Source: Bdellovibrionota bacterium
Lineage (GTDB): Bacteria > Bdellovibrionota_C > UBA2361 > JAAYZI01
Length of the DNA stretch: 64,000 nucleotides
Direction of reading: 5' to 3'
Assembly: GCA_050950765.1 (NCBI GenBank)
Contig: JBMNIF010000001.1
Location: 64,001 to 128,000, forward strand
In this document: positions 38,224-48,135 of the stretch, piece after piece
Numbering within the stretch: the first letter of the stretch is position 1
Layout of the letters: each line of letters begins with the position of its first letter
The notes under the pieces: generated by a model
Database searches by the model: none
Told to the model about the DNA's origin: nothing
The model's input: the letters and a program-made list of their open reading frames with translations, nothing else
Made by a program: the position numbers and the translations under genes

Positions 38224-39744
38224 GTGAAAAAATACCATCTTCTATTATTAACGATAGCGTTGACCTTTTGTGGCGTGGGGATGTTCCTCTATAAAGCGTT
38301 GTGTTTAGATTATCCTGTTGTGCCGAATACTACGGAATCACGTTGGGTGGTGGAGGCACACCTTTCGTTTAACGCTAAAAATAAAGCAGTAAAAGCAGCT
38401 TTAAAGATCCCTAAGAGCACTGAAAATTTTCTTTTAATGGATGAAAATTTTATCTCGCGTGGGTACGGTTTGGCAACACGTACGATCGGCGATGATAGGG
38501 AAGCCACATGGACACGACGCAGCGCTATCGGCAGGCAGGGGCTTTATTATCGTGCTGTGATTAAAGATGGTGGTATTGATGGCAGGGTGGATATTCCAAA
38601 AAGTAGAGATCAAACTCCTGAAGGTGCTTTAAAAGAGGCGATGAACTCTATTATTGCAGATGCTAAACAGAAATCTGCTGACACCGAGACCTTTGTGACA
38701 TCACTAATCGGACTTTTTCAAACAAAAAATTCTAACGTAAAGATGTTACTCGGTTCACGACCTGATCGTGCCAAGAAAGCAAAAGTTGCTGTTGCTATTT
38801 TAAACGAATCAGGGCTGCGGGCGCGGGTGGTGCACGGTATCTTTTTAAATGTCGATCGAAATGTTCCAATAACGCAACGTGTACAGGTTCTTGATAATAA
38901 GACTTGGTTGATGTTTGATCCTGAAACGGGTGAGCGTACGGGGCAGGATCTCTTTTTGCCGTGGTGGTATGGTGATGCAGATATCGCTACCGTTACTAAT
39001 GCTTCTCAAATTCGAACCACTATTTCAGTTGAACGTTTTCAAGAAGAGGCTTTAACTGCTGCTAGTGAATACGCGCGTAAGGTTGCACCTAAGTTGGTGG
39101 ATTTTTCTCTTTTTAGTTTGCCCGTTGAGACGCAACGAGTTTATCGTGTTTTGTTACTTGTACCGATCGGTGCTTTCTTGGTGGTGCTTTTACGAAATAT
39201 TGTGGGCTTTGTTACGTTTGGTACCTTTATGCCAGTCTTGATCGGACTCTCTTTTAGAGAGACTGGGTTGAGTTGGGGTATAGTATTGTTTTCGCTTTTA
39301 ATTGGACTGGGTGTTATAGCGCGTTTTTATCTAGAGAGTTTAAAGTTACTTTTAGTTCCGCGTCTTTCGGCAGTGTTGATTATTGTAGTTTTAATCATGG
39401 CTGTTTTAAGTGTTATTACACACCAGTTAGGGTTGGAACGTGGTGTTTCAGTGGCGCTTTTCCCGATGGTTATTATCACGATGACGATTGAGAGGATGTC
39501 TATCGTCTGGGATGAGTTAGGAGTTTTTGCGGCGTTTAAGCAAGGCATCGGAACACTACTTGTGGCTTGTATAATTTATTTGATTATCAGGAGTCACTAT
39601 CTAGAACACCTTATTTTTGTATTCCCTGAGTTATTGTTGGTTGTGCTGGCTATGACCCTGTTAATGGGGCGTTATAGCGGATATCGATTGTTGGAATTGC
39701 GTCGTTTTCATGCTTTAACAAAAGAGCCGGTAAAAAATGATTAA
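38224..39744 (+). CDS. Inactive transglutaminase fused to 7 TM helices
   Basis: ENFISRGYG, FSLFSLP, RNIVGFVTFGTFMPVLI, LLLVPRL, FPMVIITMTIERMS, FVFPEL, GRYSGYRLLELRRF. Confidence 0.88.
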   Translation: MKKYHLLLLTIALTFCGVGMFLYKALCLDYPVVPNTTESRWVVEAHLSFNAKNKAVKAALKIPKSTENFLLMDENFISRGYGLATRTIGDDREATWTRRSAIGRQGLYYRAVIKDGGIDGRVDIPKSRDQTPEGALKEAMNSIIADAKQKSADTETFVTSLIGLFQTKNSNVKMLLGSRPDRAKKAKVAVAILNESGLRARVVHGIFLNVDRNVPITQRVQVLDNKTWLMFDPETGERTGQDLFLPWWYGDADIATVTNASQIRTTISVERFQEEALTAASEYARKVAPKLVDFSLFSLPVETQRVYRVLLLVPIGAFLVVLLRNIVGFVTFGTFMPVLIGLSFRETGLSWGIVLFSLLIGLGVIARFYLESLKLLLVPRLSAVLIIVVLIMAVLSVITHQLGLERGVSVALFPMVIITMTIERMSIVWDELGVFAAFKQGIGTLLVACIIYLIIRSHYLEHLIFVFPELLLVVLAMTLLMGRYSGYRLLELRRFHALTKEPVKND

Positions 39745-40744
39745 AGAAACTTGGAAAGAACTACGTGCACGTGGTGTGTTGGGATTAAATGATCGTAATC
39801 TACATTATGTTTCAAAATATAATGAGCGTCGTTTGTATCCTTTAGTTGATGATAAATATCGAACAAAAAAATTAGCGCGTGCAGCTGGTGTTGCAGTTCC
39901 TGAACTGTATGGCATGGTAGAGATCTTGAGGCAGGCACGCGATCTGCCTGCTGTGGTACAAGATAAGGCAGGTTTTGCTATAAAGCCTTCGCAAGGTAGT
40001 GGCGGATCGGGAGTATTGGTATTAACGGAGCGGACAAAAAACGGTTGGAGAAAATCTAGCGGTGATATTTTAACGTGGGAAGATCTGCAGTATCACATCT
40101 CACTAATCCTTTCTGGAATTTTTAGTTTAGGTGGACAACCGGATAAAGCGTTAGTTGAGTATCGAGTAGTTCCTGACAAGGTTTTTAATCAGATTAGCTA
40201 TCTGGGTGTGCCCGATATGCGTATCATAGTTTTCTTTGGGGTGCCTGTTATGACGATGGTGCGCTTACCGACACGAATTTCAGGCGGTAGGGCTAATTTG
40301 CATCAAGGCGCTATCGGAGTAGGGATTGATATCGCTACGGGGCAGACTCAAACAGGGGTGTGTCAAAATGAGATTATCACTGAGCATCCTGACACTGGTT
40401 ACAGCATTATGGGGATTGAGATACCACATTGGGAAGAGATGCTTGCTTTAGCAGCAAAATCTTATGAATTAACGGGTTTGGCGTATCAAGGTGTTGATAT
40501 CGTACTTGATAGAACGCATGGTCCTCTTTTGTTGGAGCTTAATGCACGTCCAGGTTTGAATATTCAGATCGCTAATAATTGCGGTTTGCTACCACGTTTG
40601 AAAAAGGTGGAGTGGAACAGAAAAAAACTTCGTACGCCAGAAGACAGGGTGAAGTTTGCGAAGGATGAATTCGGGGTGCAAAGCACTTTAAATGAGGCTT
40701 GGCGGAGGTATAAAAGGAGCACTTTTTTTGGGCGTGTCAAATAG
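39737..40744 (+). CDS. Alpha-L-glutamate ligase-like (RimK-related) ATP-grasp protein
   Basis: GVLGLNDRN, YPLVDDK, IKPSQGSGGSG, GVPDMR, ANLHQG, LELNARPGLNIQIAN. Confidence 0.9.
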   Translation: MIKETWKELRARGVLGLNDRNLHYVSKYNERRLYPLVDDKYRTKKLARAAGVAVPELYGMVEILRQARDLPAVVQDKAGFAIKPSQGSGGSGVLVLTERTKNGWRKSSGDILTWEDLQYHISLILSGIFSLGGQPDKALVEYRVVPDKVFNQISYLGVPDMRIIVFFGVPVMTMVRLPTRISGGRANLHQGAIGVGIDIATGQTQTGVCQNEIITEHPDTGYSIMGIEIPHWEEMLALAAKSYELTGLAYQGVDIVLDRTHGPLLLELNARPGLNIQIANNCGLLPRLKKVEWNRKKLRTPEDRVKFAKDEFGVQSTLNEAWRRYKRSTFFGRVK

Positions 40745-40885
40745 GTAAAAAACAGCTAGAGGCAGATCTGAATAAAAAATAATATTTTAAGTGGGAGATC
40801 TTCTAAAAAAAATCGTTTTTTTACACTTGATCGGTTGCTTCTGAAGTCTCTCTTCGATACATTCGCACTGTTTTGATTCTTTTAT

Positions 40886-40969
40886 GCCGAGGTGGTGGAA
40901 TAGGTAGACACACAGGACTTAAAATCCTGTGAGCTTTGGCTCGTACGGGTTCGATTCCCGTCCTCGGTA
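40886..40969 (+). tRNA. tRNA-Leu(TAA)
   Basis: GCCGAGG...GGTAGAC...CAGGA-CTTAAAA-TCCTG, long variable arm, GGTTCGATTCC, CCTCGGT-A; CCA not encoded. Confidence 0.95.
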
Positions 40970-41285
40970 CTCCTTATATTTTTCACCATCTACTCGTTCG
41001 TGTTTTACCCTATCTTTAATCTCTTTTATCTAATCTAATTTTACGCAACAAGATTTACGAACTTTTACGCAGTAGAGGGGTGGCTACCTCTCCTCTACAA
41101 GGGGTTTAGACTTTTTATAAAAAGCTATTGTCGTAGGTGAATAATCTTAAAAATAAAGCTTAAAAAGCTAAAGAAATTGAATAATTAATTTTTGTTGAAA
41201 ACGTTTCTTAAGTTTTTAAAAACATTATAATTCAAAAAACGTGTTTAATTAAAAAAGTATTATTATATTTGTATAAGGTAATATT

Positions 41286-42098
41286 ATGTCCGATCTTAAT
41301 TGTAATTGTGAATCAGAGGGGGGTGACTTACGAGCTGAAAATAAAACACAAATTCCACCTCTTAATCCTGCAAATGATCTATCAGCTAACCATTTCCGTT
41401 CTTCATCTGCTTCGGTCGCAAAAGGTGTTCTTATTGCTGCAAGAGAAGAAGAATTAAAAAAAGCAGGCTTTTCAGCGGAAGATGATATTGTTGCAAGAGA
41501 AGAAAAATTACATAGGGCAGGCTTTTCAGCGGAAGATATTGCTAAGATCAGAGAAAAAGTTCCAGATCTTGATGTGAGGACTATTCCAGTGAAGGAGGGT
41601 AGTCATATTCGGAAAATAGTGAATAATGCGATTAAGGTATGTAGAAAAACAAGCTCTTCAGTTGTATTTAAATCCGATAACATTGTTGTGATAGTTTCTA
41701 AAGGAGATACTAGGAAAGAAATACTTAAGGCGTATAATGCAGAATTGGAAGCTACAACAAAGAAGCCTAACCCGTATACACCTGAAAAAGCTGCTGCAGA
41801 GAAAGCGGAGACGGATGCTACTTATGAAGAATTGCCTCAATTTTTTAAAGATTGGGTTGATAAGGATGGAGGAGCTGATTGCTTCAGAAGACTTTATGTT
41901 AAGACAGCGGAAGATGCTTACTTGGTAGCGAAAACCTTAGAAACAATCGAGAAGGTTGAAGAGTGGTATAATTCTAGTTCAGAAAAGAGGGAGACGGATG
42001 TGCCAGGGTTCAAAAATGATGGCCATACTGGCTTTTCTCTTAGAGAAATGGTTGAGCTTGCTGTGAAGTATTTAAAATCAAAGAGTGCGGAGAGTTAA
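41286..42098 (+). CDS. Hypothetical protein with tandem IAAREE-LKKAGFSAED repeat
   Basis: 270-aa ORF; repeat module shared with 44551-45036; C-terminal DGHTGFS motif. Confidence 0.75.
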   Translation: MSDLNCNCESEGGDLRAENKTQIPPLNPANDLSANHFRSSSASVAKGVLIAAREEELKKAGFSAEDDIVAREEKLHRAGFSAEDIAKIREKVPDLDVRTIPVKEGSHIRKIVNNAIKVCRKTSSSVVFKSDNIVVIVSKGDTRKEILKAYNAELEATTKKPNPYTPEKAAAEKAETDATYEELPQFFKDWVDKDGGADCFRRLYVKTAEDAYLVAKTLETIEKVEEWYNSSSEKRETDVPGFKNDGHTGFSLREMVELAVKYLKSKSAES

Positions 42099-42952
42099 CG
42101 ATTTCTTTTCGTAAAAAGAGCAGAAGCCATCAACCATACCCTAAATATCTAAAGCTTAAAGACAAAGAATATCTGGAGCAGAGCTTTAGTTTAGGTAGAC
42201 AAGGTAGTGGGGAGGTCTAGGAGGATCTGATGTCATTTATTAGATCCTGCACAGTTTAGTTGTAGTAGCGGTTAAAATTGCTCATGGAGTAATAGTAGTA
42301 GTTAATTAGGGATTCGGATAAATTAAATTCGTAATATGCCGATTTGCTTATTAAAGAAAAACGTATCACATCTTTTAGCAAGTTGGTTGGAGTTGTGTTC
42401 AGAGTTTAATAAAGCGGCGACTTGCTACAAATGATAATTATCGCTACTCAGAATTTTTTATTTTAATTTTGGAGGAACAGAATGGGTGTGAATAATTATC
42501 TTGCGTCAGGCAGTGGACCAGAAGCACAAAGAGCCCTTAGTGATGTCAGCATATCTGTGAATGACGTAGCGTATAATCTAACACCAGATTCAACGGTTAG
42601 GATAATTTCAGGCGATATTTCACGTATTGACGCGGATGCTCTTATTACGGCTATAAATAGCAAGCAATGGTGGTCTGGTAATATTGACCGCGTTATTATG
42701 AAAAAAGCTGCGTACCATTTTCACCAGCAGGCTTCGGAATGCGATTTGCAAGATGGAAAGGCAATCGTCGCACGGGGTTCACAGGACGAAACAATAAGTG
42801 GTTCATTTCGAAATGTCGTTTTTGTGGTTGACGATTTAAAGCGTCCACTTCACGAAATTGTTCGTACAGGACTAGAGGCAGCCGCTGACGCGGGTTTTCA
42901 AAAAGTATCGTTACCAACTATTCGTATGGGTACAATGCTTGGTCGAGTTGAA

Positions 42953-44517
42953 CCCAAACTTTTCTGTGATTTACGTAACAATAAAGTAACATATTGTTAT
43001 AACCTATAGAAATTTTTTAAAAATTAACAAAAAAGGGGGTTGACTTTTTTGTTGTTTTGACATACGTATTTAGGTATGGGAAAGAAAGCAAAAATACACC
43101 CTGATTGGGCAACAAAATATCGAGAGAAAGGAAAAGAGGTACGTCTTATCAATGGGAGATATTACCTATATAGCTACAGCTATAAGTATGACCCTGAGAG
43201 GAAAAGGAGCGTGAAAGTTACTGGTAAATTACTTGGACGAATTACAGAAGAGGACGGTTTTATACCAAGTGAGAAGAGAAGCCTTGTACCTGCTGTGAAT
43301 ATTAAGTGCAGAGAGTATGGTTTATCTCAATTTATCCTCAATCAAAAAACAATTATTGAAAGACTTCGGTGTTATTTTCCAGATAAGTGGAAGGCTATTT
43401 TGCTGATGTCATACAGCAGGATCAAACATTGCTCTCCTATTAAACGCATGAATGATGATTTTGAAAACAGTATGTTGAGTGAAAAACTTAATTTTCTTCT
43501 TAATAAGAAAGCTATTCCGAATATTTTGCAATCGATTGGGAAAGATGAATTTGCTCGTTCTGAATATATGAAGAGTTTTATTCATGGAAAAGATTTTTTG
43601 TTAATTGATTCTACATTTCTTAGAACATCTATGAGAAAGTCGAGTCTTGCTAAAGGAGGATATAATAAAGACCATTTTTGGGAAACGCAGGCGAGTTTGC
43701 TTTATATTTACTCTAAAAAATTGCAACAACCAGTCTATTATAGGTTATTGGCTGGGAATATAAGAGATGTAAAAGCTCTATCTTTAACTATCCAAGAATC
43801 AGAAATTGGTGATGCTACTATTATTGCAGATAAGGGTTTCTATTCAGAGTCTAACGTTAAAGATCTTATAGAGAATAAACTTAGCTTTGTTATTCCATTG
43901 CGTAGAAATAGCTCTCTTATAGACTATGATGGAATAGAAACAAGCAGGAACGTTATTGAATATAATAAAACGTACTTAAGATATAAAAAATATAAGATTG
44001 GGAATGGATTTATATATCTGTTTAGAGACCCGTTTTTAGCAGGTGAAGAGGAAAATAACTTAGTTTCATTAACAATATCTCATCCAGAAAAATACAATTT
44101 AACAGATGTTGATTTAAAAAAAGTGAGGCTAGGAACTGTTGCATTCTTTTCAAATTTGGACTCATCCGCAGAAGAAATATACACGTTATACAAAATGCGA
44201 CTATCTATTGAACAATCTTTTGATACGTTAAAAACTGTTTTAAAAGCAGATGCTTCATATATGAGTGATGATGATAAATTTCAGGGATGGATGTTCGTGA
44301 ATCACATAGCAATACAGTGGAGCTATGAAATATTAAAAACAATAAAAAAACATAAACTTTCGACTTCAATATCATTAGAAGATGCTATCAGAAGGTTATC
44401 TGAAATTAAAAAAGTTAGGCTTGGGGACTCTTGGTATTTAGCCGAGCAAACTAAAGCAGAGCTAAAAATAGCCGAACTGTTACTTACTTAACATACGTAA
44501 AAAGGGGAAAGTTTGGG
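42953..44517 (+). mobile_element. Insertion sequence, 1565 bp, DDE transposase (IS1634/IS4-like)
   Basis: Imperfect IRs CCCAAACTTT...TTTACGTA and TACGTAAA...AAAGTTTGGG; 6-bp TSD GTTGAA at 42947-42952 and 44518-44523. Confidence 0.92.
43076..44491 (+). CDS. DDE transposase
   Basis: LLIDST (D1), GNIRD, IIADKGFYS (D2), YKMRLSIEQSFDTLK (YxxRxxxE/K signature). Confidence 0.93.
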   Translation: MGKKAKIHPDWATKYREKGKEVRLINGRYYLYSYSYKYDPERKRSVKVTGKLLGRITEEDGFIPSEKRSLVPAVNIKCREYGLSQFILNQKTIIERLRCYFPDKWKAILLMSYSRIKHCSPIKRMNDDFENSMLSEKLNFLLNKKAIPNILQSIGKDEFARSEYMKSFIHGKDFLLIDSTFLRTSMRKSSLAKGGYNKDHFWETQASLLYIYSKKLQQPVYYRLLAGNIRDVKALSLTIQESEIGDATIIADKGFYSESNVKDLIENKLSFVIPLRRNSSLIDYDGIETSRNVIEYNKTYLRYKKYKIGNGFIYLFRDPFLAGEEENNLVSLTISHPEKYNLTDVDLKKVRLGTVAFFSNLDSSAEEIYTLYKMRLSIEQSFDTLKTVLKADASYMSDDDKFQGWMFVNHIAIQWSYEILKTIKKHKLSTSISLEDAIRRLSEIKKVRLGDSWYLAEQTKAELKIAELLLT

Positions 44518-45404
44518 GTTGAAAAAACGACTGAAGAGGCGGTACAAGAAATGATTAAAGGAGTTGAAGAGTTTTTTAATGCGAATGCTAATTCATCGCT
44601 CAAGGAAGTTACTTTCGTTGTATTCGCAGATCCGGAAATTAAACGTGCTTTAATTAGTGCTCTTAAGACGGCAGCAGCTTTATCAACTAAACCAACTAAT
44701 GTGGAAGGGGATTTGTTAAATGAAGGATTTGGATCTCCACTCACAGACGCTGAACGTATCGCTGCAAGAGAAGAAAAATTAAAAAAAACAGGCTTTTCAG
44801 CGGAAGATATTGCTGAGATTAAAGGAAGATTTCCCAACCTTAATGTGGTACCTATGACACCTATAGCAGGTGATGATATTTCAGGGATTGTTGAAGATGC
44901 CGTAGCACTTAAAAGATCATTAGACCAAGGAGAAACTGAATTCGCAGTAGTTTTTAAGCTTAACGGTGATCTTGTGTTTGTTGATGAGGATGATACGCTT
45001 AAGAGAGTATGTGATGCTTATCTAAAAGCGAATTAGCTTAAGGACGTGTTGGATACTTAAAGGAAGATCTACTCTCCCCTTTCCAGTAGTAATCTTTAAC
45101 TTAATACTATTATATCAGATGTTTTATATAAAGTGACACGTTTAAAAAAATGTGTTCTCTTATATAGAGGATCAATAATCTTTCAAAATCACTACAAGGG
45201 AAACCATTCACATACAATGAAGCTTGTAATCAGGGGTTAACGTAGTATGTTACTCGAAAATTACTTAATGCGGGAGTAATTAAACATCTTGAGCGGGGGC
45301 TTTGTTGTTCAGTAGATGAGCTCTTTCATGATCTCGAATGAACGGAGTAAGGAAGTGCGTCTTGCATTAGCGAGCCTCTCGAAAACATCACCGTTTCCAA
45401 TTAA

Positions 45405-45680
45405 CGAACTTCATGTGACGCAGCTAATTCACGAGCTAAGGATCTTTTTGATCTGGTTGTGATTTACGATGAAGTTAAAACTAGGGTGCGATTGAAGAGA
45501 GCGATCAAGAAAAGTTTTGCAGATCGTAAAACAGATCTGCCCGCTTCATTCCTAGCATTTTTTAAGACTCTTGATCTTACGATTCTCGAGCGTTCATGGA
45601 GTAGCGTTAAGCTTTCAGGTGTAAAAAATGACCTTTACAACTTGCATACGAAGAGTGTCTTCGATTTTAAAGGGTGTTGA
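45405..45680 (+). pseudogene. C-terminal remnant of an AbiEii-like nucleotidyltransferase toxin
   Basis: Frame extended upstream of ORF 45459 reads ANSRAKDLFDLVVIY...LKRAIKKSFADRKT, like the AbiEii NxRxKDxxD and AIxxTFxxRxT motifs; in-frame TAA at 45402 and no N-terminal half. Confidence 0.6.
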
Positions 45681-45922
45681 TTCAATCCTCACCGAAAAAA
45701 AAGAAGCGATAATCATTTCTCTTAGTTCTTATGACCACTCTCCCTCACCTCTCTAAGACATACTAAAATAAAGTAATTTTAAGTCTAGCGATTTTTCTTA
45801 GAGAAAAATGAGAAGTTTTTAGGCGTGATTTATAAAGCGTAAGGTGTTTATAGTCGAACTCTCCCATATCTCCGAAGGTGTCTGGGTAGGACATCTTGCA
45901 GGTTGTACAGGGGGGGGGAATC

Positions 45923-46591
45923 ATGCAGACAGATCCGTTTTTTAGTTATATGGCTAGCGCTGCTCAAGAAGTAGGGGGTGAAAAGGTCTTTTTCGTTTTG
46001 GCGGCTGTTTTTAGTCTACTTTTTTTGAAGAAGATCTTACTTTTTTCTAATAAAGCAACTTGGGGTGTAATGTTGTTACCAACGGCGATTTATCTCATTC
46101 AACACCCTCTATGCGCACAACTCTCTTCACAATATCCGATAACAACCCTTATTCCTGCTGTGTGGGGGTGTGAGCTACTTTTATTTGTAGCTTTAAAGAT
46201 GGGACTCGGACTTTTTTCCGTTTTCACTCCTGTTAATTCAAAATTTTCGGTGTGCTTGGTTGTCTTTTGTGTGGCTTTTTTAGCTAGTGTTTATTTAAAA
46301 CCAGATTGGATCGCCACATACCTCCCTATGCTTAATAAAGAAACAGCCTGTCTCGTGGCGTGCGGTATGTTGTTAACGCTAGCTCTTTGGAAGGTTTTAA
46401 AAGCAGTACTCCCTGTTTTTATATGGAGTGGAATTGCTGTAACGATGCTCTTTCTTGTTTTTGAAAGTAACTATGTCAATAATTTAACAGATAACAGTGA
46501 AATTTTGGATTATAAACAAAAAGCGCTTAACGCATTCCATGACGGGAAAGCTGTACTAAATATCGCTATGCGTAACTATTTGGAATTATAA
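45923..46591 (+). CDS. Hypothetical multi-pass membrane protein
   Basis: Several hydrophobic segments; ATG 45923 preceded by a G9 tract. Confidence 0.65.
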   Translation: MQTDPFFSYMASAAQEVGGEKVFFVLAAVFSLLFLKKILLFSNKATWGVMLLPTAIYLIQHPLCAQLSSQYPITTLIPAVWGCELLLFVALKMGLGLFSVFTPVNSKFSVCLVVFCVAFLASVYLKPDWIATYLPMLNKETACLVACGMLLTLALWKVLKAVLPVFIWSGIAVTMLFLVFESNYVNNLTDNSEILDYKQKALNAFHDGKAVLNIAMRNYLEL

Positions 46592-46824
46592 AAAATATTT
46601 TTTTCTCTAACCTCCCTTTAAAATGCTTGCAGATATCTTTTTTGCTATGTATCGTTTAATACTTGTAGTTAATCTGAAAGCTTCTTTTTTCAGAGTAAGG
46701 AGTTTTTAAAGATTGTTTTAATTTATAAAAAACCGCGCTTCAGAACATTCGGGTATAGTTGAGAGTGTTACAACAAAAGATCGAGGAATGGTCATGCGGC
46801 GGTATATGACGTTAGGAGAATAAA

Positions 46825-47007
46825 ATGGCTGAGTGTGCTGTTGTAAATGAAGATCAATGTGTAGGTTGTGGCGCTTGTGTAGGTGTTTGCCCGGCTGAAG
46901 CTATTACAGTGTCAAGCACTGCGGAAGTCGATCCCTCAAAGTGTATAGGTTGCGGTGAGTGTGCTTCAACCTGCCCGACCGAAGCGATCACAATGACGGA
47001 AAAATAA
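46825..47007 (+). CDS. 2[4Fe-4S] ferredoxin
   Basis: CVGCGACVGVCP and CIGCGECASTCP; AGGAG RBS. Confidence 0.95.
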   Translation: MAECAVVNEDQCVGCGACVGVCPAEAITVSSTAEVDPSKCIGCGECASTCPTEAITMTEK

Positions 47008-47030
47008 GTTTTTTACTATAATTAACTCTT

Positions 47031-47072
47031 AAAAAGGAGATCGGCGTTATTAAATTCCGACCTCCTTTTTTT
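47031..47072. terminator. Bidirectional intrinsic terminator
   Basis: AAAAAGGAGATCGG...CCGACCTCCTTTTTTT. Confidence 0.75.
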
Positions 47073-47103
47073 GTAAAATAATTTATAAAATAAAAGATGT
47101 AGA

Positions 47104-47853
47104 TTAGTAAATTATAGCATCTGGAACTTCTGAAGAGATAAATTGTAAGAGCGCTTCATTCTGTAAGTTTATGTAATAAGCTGTCTCTCTGTTCGTACAT
47201 CCCATACCGTCGCCACTTGAGGTAATGCCCACTAAGGAAGTTTCAATATGTCCATCACTAAATTGAAGTTGCGCAACAACAGGTCCACCTGAATCGCCTA
47301 TGCAGGTGTTTTGATCGCCTTCAACAAAATCAATAATATGATTCGGAGTGATCTCATCAGGGTATATAACACCGCTACGCAACACACCGTAATCACCAGC
47401 TTCATTCAATCCGAAGCCGAACACTAAAAGAGGGGTGAACGGCTCTATCTGAATAGATGAAAGAAGTGGGAGGACGGGTAAGTTTAAGGGAGTCTCTGTT
47501 CTTACGATCGCTATGTCATTAAAAAGAGCTACATCATTTGAAAAAAAGTCAGGTGCGACGACGACCTCCGTAACGGGATAGACACCGTCTTTAGTGCGAA
47601 GTGTTGCAGCAGTAATACCATCTTGAGCAAAACAGTGCGTCGCCGTAATGACAGCATTTGATCCGATGATTACTCCGGAACAGAGGCTTTGACCTTGATC
47701 TGAGGTTAAAATAATCTCGACGAACTGAGGAGATGCCTCTTCAGATACTTCAACGCCGTTATATATCTTAGCGATAAAGTTGGAAGAGTCTTCCGATGAT
47801 TGAGCACAACCGACCAATAAGAGGGTAAAAAGTAAAAACGGTAATGTTTTCAT
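47104..47853 (-). CDS. Trypsin-like (S1) serine protease lipoprotein
   Basis: Lipobox LLVGC, KIYNG, CSGVII...ITATHCF, NDIAIV, CIGDSGGP. Confidence 0.9.
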   Translation of the reverse strand: MKTLPFLLFTLLLVGCAQSSEDSSNFIAKIYNGVEVSEEASPQFVEIILTSDQGQSLCSGVIIGSNAVITATHCFAQDGITAATLRTKDGVYPVTEVVVAPDFFSNDVALFNDIAIVRTETPLNLPVLPLLSSIQIEPFTPLLVFGFGLNEAGDYGVLRSGVIYPDEITPNHIIDFVEGDQNTCIGDSGGPVVAQLQFSDGHIETSLVGITSSGDGMGCTNRETAYYINLQNEALLQFISSEVPDAIIY

Positions 47854-48135
47854 CGTAATATTCCAAGAGAAAAGTATATCGTTGTAACGATTAGTCATTG
47901 TGGCATTGTAACTTATGATGCAAAAAGTGACCAACATTTATTTTTTACTATATGCAGTGCTTTTGAACGGGAGATAGCCCCTTGATTTTATTACTAAAAT
48001 ATTCAAAATCATAACAATTAAATTCTCTTAGCTTCTGTAAAAAGGCTTTTAAAAATATCAGATTGAGGGAGTCCAGATCTTATCCTATTATATTAAGAGG
48101 TTAAAGAAGTTCCTGTTTACGCTCTATAAAAAGGT

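Larger units (their letters stand above)
42482..45036 (+). pseudogene. Macro-domain protein gene interrupted by an IS (reconstituted 327 aa)
   Basis: GDISRIDADALITAINS...GNIDRVI...SLPTIRMG...RVE | KTTEEAVQEMIKG...EVTFVVF; removing the IS plus one TSD copy rejoins both halves in frame. Confidence 0.88.

Noticed and set aside
42482..43009. Stand-alone 175-aa protein and separate 161-aa protein (44551-45036)
   Set aside because: They are two halves of one gene split by the IS
45910..45918. G9 tract as a phase-variation switch
   Set aside because: Lies upstream of the likely ATG (45923) at the RBS position, so slippage would not shift the frame
40950..46000. attR duplicate of the tRNA-Leu 3' end delimiting an integrated element
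   Set aside because: No convincing repeat of TTCGATTCCCGTCCTCGGT and no integrase found by eye
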